Source: Minisyncoccia bacterium (lineage in GTDB: Bacteria; Patescibacteriota; Minisyncoccia; Phycocordibacterales; Phycocordibacteraceae). Taken from it: a stretch of 48,284 nucleotides of DNA. The position numbers and the translations under genes are program-made. Below are positions 27,603-36,023 of this stretch, one piece after another (position 1 is the stretch's first letter; each line of letters begins with the position of its first letter). The notes beneath the pieces are model-generated. The model was not told where the DNA came from, did not search any database, and saw only the letters and a list, made by a program, of their open reading frames with translations. The stretch spans positions 1 through 48,284 of the forward strand of contig JBFJWB010000001.1 in NCBI GenBank assembly GCA_041623915.1. Direction: 5' to 3'.

Positions 27603-27990
27603 GGTTGGTTTGGTTAGTTGTTAGTGCGCCCGCAAGGCGAAGTGCCTCTCGGACGGTTGATTCTTGCTCGGGGGTAAGCTCTTCTTGTTTCTGGGCGACC
27701 TCAACTTCGACGCGGTCCTTGAACTTCGGGTTGCGCTTGCGGAGCCAGAAGGAAATGGCGTGCCAGTTCTTTTCTCGGATTAATACGAGAAGTTGGTTTT
27801 CGCTCATGTCGTTTACCAAGGATTCTCCTTCCTCGAGGGCGGTATTCATTGCCTGCTCAAACTCTGGATCCTCTTTTTTCCAGCGATACACGCTGTTGCG
27901 GGAGATACCCACCTTCTCGCACGCTACCTGAATGATCGGAACTTTACGGAGCTGGGCGAGGAACACGTCTTTTACTTTGTCTTTCTTCAT
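27523..27990 (-). CDS. Terminase small subunit-like HTH protein
   Basis: N-terminal HTH IQVACEKVGISRNSVYRWKKEDPEF. Lies immediately upstream of, and overlaps, terL. Confidence 0.5.
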   Translation of the reverse strand: MKKDKVKDVFLAQLRKVPIIQVACEKVGISRNSVYRWKKEDPEFEQAMNTALEEGESLVNDMSENQLLVLIREKNWHAISFWLRKRNPKFKDRVEVEVAQKQEELTPEQESTVREALRLAGALTTNQTNRATEQHNRSEISGNDAERPKSTSGNN

Positions 27991-29258
27991 ACGCGTTCAA
28001 TAACAGCCTTGTTGCTCGTGAGTTTTTCGTACCGCTTAATAGCGAGGTCACAGAACACTGGCTCCAGCTCGACAGCGAATACACGACGTTTCAATTGCTC
28101 GGCCGCGATCATAGTGCTTCCAGAACCGGAAAAGCTATCAAGAATGATGTCGCCTGGTTTAGTACAACGACGGATCGCTTTCTCGTGGATCTTCGGTGGT
28201 TTCGAGGTCGCGTGTTCGTACTCCTTACCGGAGAGGCGCTTCACCATCCATACGTCGAGGTGATCGAGCGTTTCTTCGATGAGGTTGTTGCCGGTCGTGA
28301 TTTCCTTATTCAGTACCTCGTTCAGGTTCTGAACGCTCTTCGTAAGGTATGGCTTGCCTCGCACACCATAGACGCAGGGTTCATAGCACTTATTGAAGGC
28401 GACGGATGGCACAGGATTCTGTGAGTTCTTAAGCCATAAGCACACGCGCTTGTTCGTGATACCAAGTTCGCGATATAGGTCTTGCATGAGGCCGATATAG
28501 ATCTGGTCGCACCAGTAGAAGACATGGGTATCGGGCTTTGCGACCGAGAGTGCAGCAATCATCGTCTTCGTGATGAATTCGCGATACTCAGAATCGGAGC
28601 GATTATCCTCGACGTTGCCGCCATAATTCTTCTTGCCGCCGATACCGCCGTTGTAGTCCACATTGATGTTGTACGGCGGGTCGCTATAGATCATGGACGC
28701 GCGTTCGTTACCAAGGAGACGCGCGAGAACGGCAGGATCGGTAGAGCTTCCGCAGATGAGGCGGTGCTGGCCGAGCGTGATGAGGTCACCGACTTTCGTC
28801 TTCGGTTTCTTGATCTGCTTCAGCTCCTTTTTCTCGTCGAAATCATCGTCTTCCGCTTCGAGATTCTCTGTCCATGCGGAAGAGAAATCTGCATCGCTGA
28901 ACCCAATATCAGTGAGGAGGTCGAGGTCAAACGACTTTAGTTTCTCGAAGCCCCATTCACCGGTGTTCTTATTCAGGCGCAGATTAAGCTCCTTTTCCTT
29001 AGTGAGCGGAAGGCTCACGTACACGACGGGGACAGTCTTGTGTCCCAGCTCCTTTGCGGCACGAAGGCGCACGTGACCGCCAATGACGACGTTTTTGCGT
29101 TTGGGTGCACTATTCACAATGATCGGATCCACGAGGTTGAAGCGGCTCAGACTCTCTTTCAACTGACCGAGCGCTTCCTTGGAGATCTTGCGTGGGTTGT
29201 ATTCCGCAGGTTTTAGGTCGCTGACGTGTACATGCACGATATGTAATTCTTTGTCCAT
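27987..29258 (-). CDS. ParB-like nuclease domain fused to an N6-adenine/N4-cytosine DNA methyltransferase
   Basis: ParB N-domain NPRKISKEALGQLKESL...GGHVRLRAAKELG. Methylase motif IV IYSDPPYN and motif I LDSFSGSGST. Confidence 0.85.
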   Translation of the reverse strand: MDKELHIVHVHVSDLKPAEYNPRKISKEALGQLKESLSRFNLVDPIIVNSAPKRKNVVIGGHVRLRAAKELGHKTVPVVYVSLPLTKEKELNLRLNKNTGEWGFEKLKSFDLDLLTDIGFSDADFSSAWTENLEAEDDDFDEKKELKQIKKPKTKVGDLITLGQHRLICGSSTDPAVLARLLGNERASMIYSDPPYNINVDYNGGIGGKKNYGGNVEDNRSDSEYREFITKTMIAALSVAKPDTHVFYWCDQIYIGLMQDLYRELGITNKRVCLWLKNSQNPVPSVAFNKCYEPCVYGVRGKPYLTKSVQNLNEVLNKEITTGNNLIEETLDHLDVWMVKRLSGKEYEHATSKPPKIHEKAIRRCTKPGDIILDSFSGSGSTMIAAEQLKRRVFAVELEPVFCDLAIKRYEKLTSNKAVIERV

Positions 29259-29367
29259 AAGCGTTTTTTTGAGTGGCTAATCAACTGGAAGTGCAGACAA
29301 ACAAAAACGCCCGGGCATCTCTCCGAATTTCTTCGGAAAAATGCCCGGGCGTTCCGGACGTGCTCTT

Positions 29368-29634
29368 CTAGTTGTTCTTTAGAGTATACCGCACTTTTTC
29401 TTTGCCAGTCACAGTTTCTCGAATATGCAAGATTGTATGGGAAAGCTCACAGTTAGGGCAGTGAATCTTGCACTTGTCGCCTGTTTCAATAACAAGAGCG
29501 CTGGTTTTCCTACGGTCTCTTCGTAAGAACTCAAACCGATTATTGGTAAGATCTTTGCGGTACAGGGGTGTGCCGCATGTACATCTGCCAAGGCGCGTGA
29601 CGCGGCCATCCGCATGCTTAACAAGAGGATCCAT
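29368..29634 (-). CDS. Small Cys4 zinc-ribbon protein (hypothetical)
   Basis: 88 aa with CTCGT...HCPNC pairs. An alternative overlapping frame (29409-29738) cannot be excluded. Confidence 0.35.
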   Translation of the reverse strand: MDPLVKHADGRVTRLGRCTCGTPLYRKDLTNNRFEFLRRDRRKTSALVIETGDKCKIHCPNCELSHTILHIRETVTGKEKVRYTLKNN

Positions 29635-29640
29635 GGATTA

Positions 29641-29784
29641 TTACTTGCGACGAGATGGCTTTTGCGACAGGGCACTACCAGCGGCGGTTTTGGATGTACG
29701 TGACGTACGACCATCACGCAGTGTCTTGCTTGCGGCACGTGCCGCGCGTGGACTGGTGACCTTTGAACGGTTGCTTTTAGGCAT
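29641..29784 (-). CDS. Small highly basic protein (hypothetical)
   Basis: 47 aa, MPKSNRSKVTSPRAARAASKTLRDGRTSRTSK..., starting 5 nt after the stop of the upstream gene. Confidence 0.3.
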   Translation of the reverse strand: MPKSNRSKVTSPRAARAASKTLRDGRTSRTSKTAAGSALSQKPSRRK

Positions 29785-29788
29785 AAGT

Positions 29789-30064
29789 TTACAGGTTAGT
29801 TTTAATCCAGTTGGTAATTGATGTCCCAAGCGAAGTGGTCCATCCAGCGACATCACTTGTCACGTCTATGACGAGAGCCTTGTCATTGCGGTCAATGTAC
29901 GACATAAGTGAATCTCTGAAGTCACTAGCCGACTGGTGTGTTTTGGTAAGGTAAACCGATCGCACTGGCTTTGCCCAATTGGTCTGGGATTCAAGGAATG
30001 ACCATAGACGGTCGTAGTCCTTGCCAGGCGTCAGTAGATCGTAGGTAACAAGAAGGGTATTCAT
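29789..30064 (-). CDS. Hypothetical protein, first gene of the leftward operon
   Basis: 91-aa ORF divergent from the XRE gene. No family assigned. Confidence 0.45.
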   Translation of the reverse strand: MNTLLVTYDLLTPGKDYDRLWSFLESQTNWAKPVRSVYLTKTHQSASDFRDSLMSYIDRNDKALVIDVTSDVAGWTTSLGTSITNWIKTNL

Positions 30065-30167
30065 GCTTGACGACTTTTATGTATAATACGGCCATAACAG
30101 GTCGTTATATTTAGTTTATCATATTGGAATACCCTGTCAAACAAAATGATAAGTACGAGATAACAAA

Positions 30168-30497
30168 ATGAACATGAGAAATGAAACTATGCACACACTT
30201 GGGGCACGAATTAAGTACTATCGCACTGAGGCTGGATTGTCCCAGCAGAGCCTGGCTGAGACTCTGGGGTACAAGTCAGGTACAGCCATTTCTCTTATAG
30301 AGAGCGACGCTCGCGGTGTTGATGCTGACGATATACCGCGTTTTGCTGAGGAGCTAGGGATTACTACGTCCTTATTATTGGGTGAACAATCTGAAGTGCC
30401 GAGTTTTTCTGCTGTGCTGAGAGCTGATGCGGAACTTAGCAAAAAAGATAAAGAAGAGATTATAAACTTCTACAATTATGTTAAGAAGCGAAAGTGA
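30168..30497 (+). CDS. XRE-family HTH transcriptional regulator
   Basis: LGARIKYYRTEAGLSQQSLAETLGYKSGTAISLIE is a classic Cro/C1 HTH. Confidence 0.85.
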   Translation: MNMRNETMHTLGARIKYYRTEAGLSQQSLAETLGYKSGTAISLIESDARGVDADDIPRFAEELGITTSLLLGEQSEVPSFSAVLRADAELSKKDKEEIINFYNYVKKRK

Positions 30498-30987
30498 TGA
30501 GCTGTGTTTTGTTCGAGTGGGTGCTGCGCGAAACACTGCGAGGCACGTGCTCAAGAAAGCAAAAATAACAAAGCCCCCAGTACGAATAAATGATCTAGTC
30601 TCTGTTTTAGAGGCGGACCACGGAGTGATAATTAAACCGTGGTTATTAGCTGATCATGTCTCAGGATTTCTTTTAGAAGAAAAGGGTCTTGCTGCCATTG
30701 CGTACAATTCTGAGCATCATGTGCACAGGCAGCGGTTTACTGTTGCACATGAGATCGGACATCTGTTGCTTGGACACAATCATTGTGGTGGCGAAGGACG
30801 AGAATTGAGCGCGAATGAAAAAGAGGCACAGATTTTTGCGGCAGAACTCCTCATGCCATTGAGTTTCTTGAAAAAAGATTTACAAGGCACCAGTTGCGAT
30901 ATCAGTGTTCTAGCCAAGCGTTACTGGGTCAGCAAAAGTGCGATGAGTTGGCGCATTCAAGACCGAGACGTCTTAAAATATATATAA
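30478..30987 (+). CDS. ImmA/IrrE-family metallopeptidase
   Basis: HEIGHLLLGH (HExxH) plus a downstream EKEAQIFAAELLMP. Overlaps the XRE gene by 20 nt, the typical anti-repressor pair. Confidence 0.85.
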   Translation: MLRSESDELCFVRVGAARNTARHVLKKAKITKPPVRINDLVSVLEADHGVIIKPWLLADHVSGFLLEEKGLAAIAYNSEHHVHRQRFTVAHEIGHLLLGHNHCGGEGRELSANEKEAQIFAAELLMPLSFLKKDLQGTSCDISVLAKRYWVSKSAMSWRIQDRDVLKYI

Positions 30988-31139
30988 TGACTTCTTTACA
31001 ACGAATGGAATACCTGTTCCCATTTACGAACAGTGTGAGATGGGTTCTTTCCTGAATACAGTGTGGATGTTGAGCTCGCGAAGCAAGACAGAAAGCGGCC
31101 AGAAATAGCGCTATCGCTAAGGAGTGATACTCTTAAAAC

Positions 31140-31793
31140 ATGGCTAAAGATCAAAACGGCAACAATACTGGAATCGTCTATATCCTTGTGAACGAGGCAA
31201 TGCCTGGTTATATCAAGATCGGTAAAATCGAGAAAGAAAACAAGATGGTCGCTGATCGTATTGCCGAGCTTTCTACCACCTCGGTTCCAGTTCCATTTGA
31301 GTGTACCTACGCTGCGCGCGTTGAACGTGTGAGCGAGGTGGAGCGCGCGCTTCACAATGCCTTTGGAGACTTCCGCAAGAACCCCAAAAGAGAGTTCTTC
31401 AGCGTGTCCTCAGAACGTGTTGTCGCAATCCTCAAACTTCTTGCTCTCGAGGACGTCACTCCTTCTCCGGATGTGGGTGTCTCAAAAGAGGATGCTGAGG
31501 CGATTGAGGAGGTGCGCGAGCGACGTTCTGCGTTCAACTTTGAAATGGTTCATATTCCCGCCGGTTCCGAACTGACGTTTACGCGTGACGAGAGTGTAAC
31601 CTGTACGGTCTCTGAAGACCTCAAGCACGTCGAGTTTAAAGGCGAGACAATGTCCCTCTCAAAAGCCGCGAAAGTCGCTCTCGGGAGTAAGTGGCTTGAG
31701 CAAGGTCCGATTTATTGGAAGTACAAAGGCGAGATCCTCGACGAACTTCGTCGTCGTCTTGAAGAAGGGGACGACATCGAACCCGGCGAGTAG
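31140..31793 (+). CDS. GIY-YIG superfamily T5orf172/MUG113-domain protein
   Basis: GIVYILVNEAMPGYIKIGKI...RIAELSTTSVPVPFEC...ERALHNAFGDFRKNPKREFF. Confidence 0.7.
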   Translation: MAKDQNGNNTGIVYILVNEAMPGYIKIGKIEKENKMVADRIAELSTTSVPVPFECTYAARVERVSEVERALHNAFGDFRKNPKREFFSVSSERVVAILKLLALEDVTPSPDVGVSKEDAEAIEEVRERRSAFNFEMVHIPAGSELTFTRDESVTCTVSEDLKHVEFKGETMSLSKAAKVALGSKWLEQGPIYWKYKGEILDELRRRLEEGDDIEPGE

Positions 31794-31800
31794 GTTTTCT

Positions 31801-33291
31801 ATGTTGATCTCGAAGACGACCTTTCAGGAGTTTCTCTTTTGCCCGAAGAATATCTGGTTGAAGCTCCATAAGCCGGAACTCCTCGAGAAATACAAACTAT
31901 CAGAATACGAACTCCATCTCGTTGAACAAGGCAATGAGGTTGAGTCGGTCACGCGTGGGCGGTTCCCCGGAGGCGTACTTGTGGGAGAAAGCGGTGAGCG
32001 AGCCGTTGCTGAAACGGTACGGCTTATGGCAGAGAAAGTCCCGGCCATATTTCAGGCGACTTTCATTCAAGACGGATTCATTGCTCGTAACGACGTGCTC
32101 ATATACGACAAGGAACATGACCAGTGGGATCTCTGCGAAATCAAGGCGACGAACTCGATTAAAGAGGGTGGTAAGGAGCGTGACCACATTGTCGATATTG
32201 CATTTCAGGCCTCGATCCTGCGACGCGCTGGTGTGCCTATAGGCAAGTATCTTCACATGCGACTGAACAAGGATTACATCCGTGCTGGCGATCTTGATAT
32301 TCAATCCCTTTTCATCATTGAAGACGTCACCGAGGAAGTAACCAGCCGTCTCCCCGAAGTTGAAGAGAAGATGGAAACCGCACGATATTACCTAAACCAA
32401 GAGAAGGAACCGGCGGGTGGCTGTGATTGTGTGTATACCTCGCGCAGGAATCACTGCACGACCTTCTCACATTCAAATCCTCATATTCCAGAGTATTCGG
32501 TGCATGACATCGCCTACGTCAGCAAGAAGAAACTCGCGAACTTCATGGATCAGCATGTACTCAGTCTTGAGGAAATCGAGGATCCAGACGCGTTTGGACT
32601 GACAGATAAGCAGAAGGTGCAGGTACTCGCACACCGCCTTGGCAATCCGATGATCGATACGGACGTGATTGCCAGAGAACTCAACAAGCTTGTTTTCCCG
32701 CTCTATTTCCTCGACTACGAGGCGTACGGCCCCGCTATCCCGGTCTTTAACGGATACCGCCCCTACATGCACATCCCGTTCCAGTTCTCTCTGCACGTCC
32801 TCCACGAACCGAACGCCGCGCTTGAGCACGTCGAGTACCTCCACACCGAACTCTCCGACCCTTCAGAACCTATTGCGAGGCTGTTGAAAGAACACATCAT
32901 CGGTGGCACCACTGTCTCTTGGTACAAACCGTACGAGACACGAATTAACCGCGAGATAAGTGAGCGGCTTCCTGAGTACCGTGATTTCTTTGAGCGCATG
33001 AATGGTTCTATGTACGATCTTCGAGACATATTTATTGCACAGCACTACGTACACAAAGACTTCAAGGGAAAGACCTCGATCAAGAAAGTCCTCCCCGTTC
33101 TTGCGCCGGAACTAAAATACTCTGACCTAGAGATTCAAGAAGGAGCTACCGCCTCGAAGCTCTGGTGGGAGATGATTGCGCCGAGCACGGATGAGGCAAT
33201 AAAGAAGGCGACCGAAGAGAACCTCAAGAAGTACTGCGGCCTCGATACCTACGCTATGGTCGCCATTTGGAGGCACTTGAGCGAGCTATAA
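31801..33291 (+). CDS. DUF2779-family protein (N-terminal PD-(D/E)xK-like nuclease, C-terminal DnaQ-like region)
   Basis: Start at MLISKTTFQEFLFCPKNIWLK. Motifs ARNDVL...CEIKATNS, then FLDYEAYGPAIP...IPFQFSLH and CGLDTYAMV. Confidence 0.7.
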   Translation: MLISKTTFQEFLFCPKNIWLKLHKPELLEKYKLSEYELHLVEQGNEVESVTRGRFPGGVLVGESGERAVAETVRLMAEKVPAIFQATFIQDGFIARNDVLIYDKEHDQWDLCEIKATNSIKEGGKERDHIVDIAFQASILRRAGVPIGKYLHMRLNKDYIRAGDLDIQSLFIIEDVTEEVTSRLPEVEEKMETARYYLNQEKEPAGGCDCVYTSRRNHCTTFSHSNPHIPEYSVHDIAYVSKKKLANFMDQHVLSLEEIEDPDAFGLTDKQKVQVLAHRLGNPMIDTDVIARELNKLVFPLYFLDYEAYGPAIPVFNGYRPYMHIPFQFSLHVLHEPNAALEHVEYLHTELSDPSEPIARLLKEHIIGGTTVSWYKPYETRINREISERLPEYRDFFERMNGSMYDLRDIFIAQHYVHKDFKGKTSIKKVLPVLAPELKYSDLEIQEGATASKLWWEMIAPSTDEAIKKATEENLKKYCGLDTYAMVAIWRHLSEL

Positions 33292-33370
33292 AGATTTTTC
33301 TCCTCCTGAAGAGGATCTGTTGAGATTGCTAGAGAAAGCTAAAAAATAAAACGTCGCCTCGGAAAGAGCA

Positions 33371-33398
33371 TTGACAGATAGATTATCTAATATATAGT
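33371..33398 (+). promoter_or_regulatory. Putative promoter with an embedded TAGAT-T-ATCTA palindrome
   Basis: TTGACA (33371-33376), 16-nt spacer, TATAGT (33393-33398). Confidence 0.35.
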
Positions 33399-33482
33399 CT
33401 CATAGGACTAAGGCCGGTCTTTGTCATCATGACTCTGGCTGTACCACTTTGCTTTATGTCCGTAGCTACGGAGGATCCACCT

Positions 33483-33680
33483 ATGGATCGCAATGAAGAG
33501 GCCTCCGGGGCCGAAACCGGAATGCTGACGCTGTGCGGTGTCCAGGGCTGTTGCCCGACCGTCGACTTCACCAATCCCAACGAGATCGTCCTTCGCGACG
33601 ACCATGGCGGGAAGGTTCGGCTCACGCAGGCCGAATGGGGCGAGCTGAAGCAGTTCGTCCGTCAGCCCCCGCAGGGCTGA
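33483..33680 (+). CDS. Small Cys-containing protein (65 aa), DUF397-like pattern; possible partner or substrate of the radical SAM enzyme
   Basis: GGAGG lies 8 nt upstream of the ATG at 33483. Sequence ...LTLCGVQGCCPTVDFTNPNEIVLRDDHGGKVRLTQAEWGELKQFV. Confidence 0.45.
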   Translation: MDRNEEASGAETGMLTLCGVQGCCPTVDFTNPNEIVLRDDHGGKVRLTQAEWGELKQFVRQPPQG

Positions 33681-33766
33681 TCAATCACATCGTGCACGAT
33701 GCGGCCAGGCCCCCAGTCGGAAGATTGGGGGCTTTCTCTCATCTTAAATCTCCAAGGAGAAGTTAA

Positions 33767-35083
33767 ATGTTCTCAAGGTATCTCTGCACTCGTGAACGAG
33801 ATGGGGTGGTGGCCGTGTTTCATGAGCTGCATCCTAATCCTGTTTACGTTACGGCATCCGAGTGGCGTGCGTATCTTTCTGGTGGAACCCTGAGTGACCT
33901 ACTTGAGTCACAACTGCAAGAGCAAAAGCTCATTGTCAGTGGCGAAGCCGAAGACAATCGTTCGTTTGCCGTTGCTGAAGCTCGCTTGCTTGAAAAGCTG
34001 CAACACGTGACCATTCTGTACCTAATGACCGCACAGGGATGCAATGCCAAATGCGGATACTGTCCGGTACCGGATATCGCAAAAAGGTATGGAGTAAGTC
34101 TCCTTACCACTGAAGCCGCGAAAGCGGGTATCGACTTGTGGCAACTTCACTTAGAAGATGTCTTTGATGACAATCGCGATTACTTCGTGATCTTCTACGG
34201 AGGTGAACCTCTGCTCAACAAGCCGGTCATCGCGGCGTCGCTGCGGTATCTTGAAGCACAGAAGGCGGCAGATAAGCTGCCGAAGCGAGTTCAATACATG
34301 GTGGCGACCAATGGTCTTCTCATCGACGATTCATTCGTGGATCTTTGTCTTGAACACCAAATGTCGGTAGCAGTTGGACTCGATGGTGATGCGCAAGCCA
34401 ATGATGCGCTCAAGATTGATGTTGAAGGACGTCCTACGTTTGAGACGATCGTGTCGGCTATTAAGCGACTCGTCGCTGCTGGCGTACCAACTTACGCGTC
34501 ATGTAGCATTACGCCGTTTAACCTCGATCATGTCGATGAAATGTCCGCGTTATTTAGAGAGCTTGGGGTCAAGAAATTTGGCTTCAACTTTCTGCGTGGT
34601 CAAAAACTCGTTGAGCTCGTAGGGGCAAATGGTGTTGGGTCGTACTATCGGAAAGCTGCAAAGGCAATTATCCGTCATGCTCGAAACCAAGCCGAATCTG
34701 GATTCGAGTTTCAGATGGAGAAAAAGGCACTGGCGTACTCGCGGGGTGATTTCTTCCCACTTGACTGCACGTGCTATGGAAGCCAGTTGGTTATTCAGCC
34801 CGATGGGCAGGTTTCCAACTGCCCGTTCTTCAAGGCTCGGCTTGGTGATGTGCAGTCACTCGGTGCTGATTTCCGGATTGGTGATCAGCCGATCGTGCAG
34901 GAATGGAGGCGTCGTCTCCCGATCTATCACTCAAGTGATGCGAAAGCATTGTCTGGCGGTGGTTGTGCGTGGGGAATGGTCAGTCAAAATCTCAACCCTT
35001 CGGTCACCGATGTTGGTAGCCGAATCTTTGCAGAGGAGGTTCTCGATGAGTTTATCTGGAATACCTACCGAGTTCGCTCATGA
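33767..35083 (+). CDS. Radical SAM enzyme with a SPASM/twitch-type C-terminal domain
   Basis: RBS AAGGAG. CxxxCxxC cluster motif in MTAQGCNAKCGYCPV, then FYGGEPLL, and C-terminal Cys motifs CTCYG...NCPFF...GGGCAWG. Confidence 0.85.
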   Translation: MFSRYLCTRERDGVVAVFHELHPNPVYVTASEWRAYLSGGTLSDLLESQLQEQKLIVSGEAEDNRSFAVAEARLLEKLQHVTILYLMTAQGCNAKCGYCPVPDIAKRYGVSLLTTEAAKAGIDLWQLHLEDVFDDNRDYFVIFYGGEPLLNKPVIAASLRYLEAQKAADKLPKRVQYMVATNGLLIDDSFVDLCLEHQMSVAVGLDGDAQANDALKIDVEGRPTFETIVSAIKRLVAAGVPTYASCSITPFNLDHVDEMSALFRELGVKKFGFNFLRGQKLVELVGANGVGSYYRKAAKAIIRHARNQAESGFEFQMEKKALAYSRGDFFPLDCTCYGSQLVIQPDGQVSNCPFFKARLGDVQSLGADFRIGDQPIVQEWRRRLPIYHSSDAKALSGGGCAWGMVSQNLNPSVTDVGSRIFAEEVLDEFIWNTYRVRS

Positions 35084-35897
35084 GCAACCTCGGATAGCAA
35101 TCATTGGAGGTTCGGGTATGTGTTTTTTTCCTGAACTTTCGGAATCTTACCGAGTGCGGCCATTAACTAAGTACGGTTTCCCATCTGATTACATCAGAGT
35201 GTGCCGTTATGCAGATCAGATGGTTGCGTTCTTGCCTCGTCATGGGGAGCAGCACTCGCTCGCTCCGCACAAGGTTCCGTACAAGGCAAACTTGTCTGCG
35301 TTGCGAGATCTTGGGGTAGAAACGGTTGTGGCTACCTGTATCGCAGGCAGTCTCAAGGAAGACATTCCGCCTGGGAGCTTCGTTATTCCAGATCAATTCG
35401 TGAATCTCACGTGGGGTCGGGATGATTACGTCGAAGCTGACGGGGGGAAGTTCATGCATCTCCCGATGGCTGAGCCGTATTGTGCGGAAACGAGGCAATT
35501 GGTTGCACGCGCAATGAGGTCTCTAGACATTGTGCCAGTGAATCAAGCGACTGCAGTGGTGATTCAAGGCCCACGTTTCTCAACGCGGGCTGAAAGTCAG
35601 ACATTCATTCGCAATGGTTGGGACATTGTCAACATGACCCAGTATCCGGAGTGTTACTTGGCTCGGGAGCTTGGTCTTTGTTACGGCTCGTTTGCTGCCA
35701 TAACCGATTACGATGTTGGCGTCGATTCATGTCTCTCAATGAGTCCTGGGCATATGGACGACGTGCTCAAGATCTTTCAAGACAACATCGTCAAGACGAA
35801 GCAAGTGCTTCAACACCTACTCGAACAGGTGGCAAATACTCCGGTTCAATGTCGGTGTTCACGAGAAATTGTGAGGTCGTACTATGAGCAGGGGTAA
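35046..35897 (+). CDS. MTAP-family purine nucleoside / 5'-methylthioadenosine phosphorylase
   Basis: PRIAIIGGSGM, FLPRHG, ATCIAGSL, IQGPRFSTRAES and NMTQYPE. The start overlaps the radical SAM gene end by 38 nt. Confidence 0.85.
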   Translation: MSLSGIPTEFAHEQPRIAIIGGSGMCFFPELSESYRVRPLTKYGFPSDYIRVCRYADQMVAFLPRHGEQHSLAPHKVPYKANLSALRDLGVETVVATCIAGSLKEDIPPGSFVIPDQFVNLTWGRDDYVEADGGKFMHLPMAEPYCAETRQLVARAMRSLDIVPVNQATAVVIQGPRFSTRAESQTFIRNGWDIVNMTQYPECYLARELGLCYGSFAAITDYDVGVDSCLSMSPGHMDDVLKIFQDNIVKTKQVLQHLLEQVANTPVQCRCSREIVRSYYEQG

Positions 35898-36023
35898 TTC
35901 TCACACCCCGCTGGTTTAACAACCAGCGGGGTGTTTTTGATTGCCAAATAACGATTTTTATTGTACTGTGTCGACCAGACAATGTACCTTCGACAGTGGT
36001 ACACTCTCAAACAATTCAGGAGT

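Larger units (their letters stand above)
24024..33291. mobile_element. Phage-derived module (serine recombinase, TerS/TerL, ParB-methylase, XRE/ImmA, nucleases) without virion structural genes
   Basis: Based on the gene content listed in the individual features. Boundaries are approximate because no att repeats were identified. Confidence 0.5.

Noticed and set aside
29789-30064. Cas2-like reading of the 91-aa protein (LLVTYDL... with a beta-alpha-beta-like pattern).
   Set aside because: The resemblance is limited to a few N-terminal residues. There is no cas1, no repeat array and no conserved Cas2 Asp context I can verify.
30996-31355. A 119-aa minus-strand ORF between the ImmA and T5orf172 genes.
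   Set aside because: It overlaps the 5' third of the motif-bearing T5orf172 gene and has no RBS or recognisable features.
34629-35045. The N-terminal 139 codons of the 422-aa ORF 34629-35897, as if it were one large protein.
   Set aside because: That part overlaps the radical SAM gene in another frame and translates to Arg/Ser-rich junk. MTAP homology begins right after the ATG at 35046 (PRIAIIGGSG).
33767-35083. A prokaryotic viperin (pVip) interpretation of the radical SAM gene.
   Set aside because: The protein is longer than viperins, has SPASM-type C-terminal cysteine motifs, and lacks the viperin C-terminal nucleotide-binding signature as far as I can read it.
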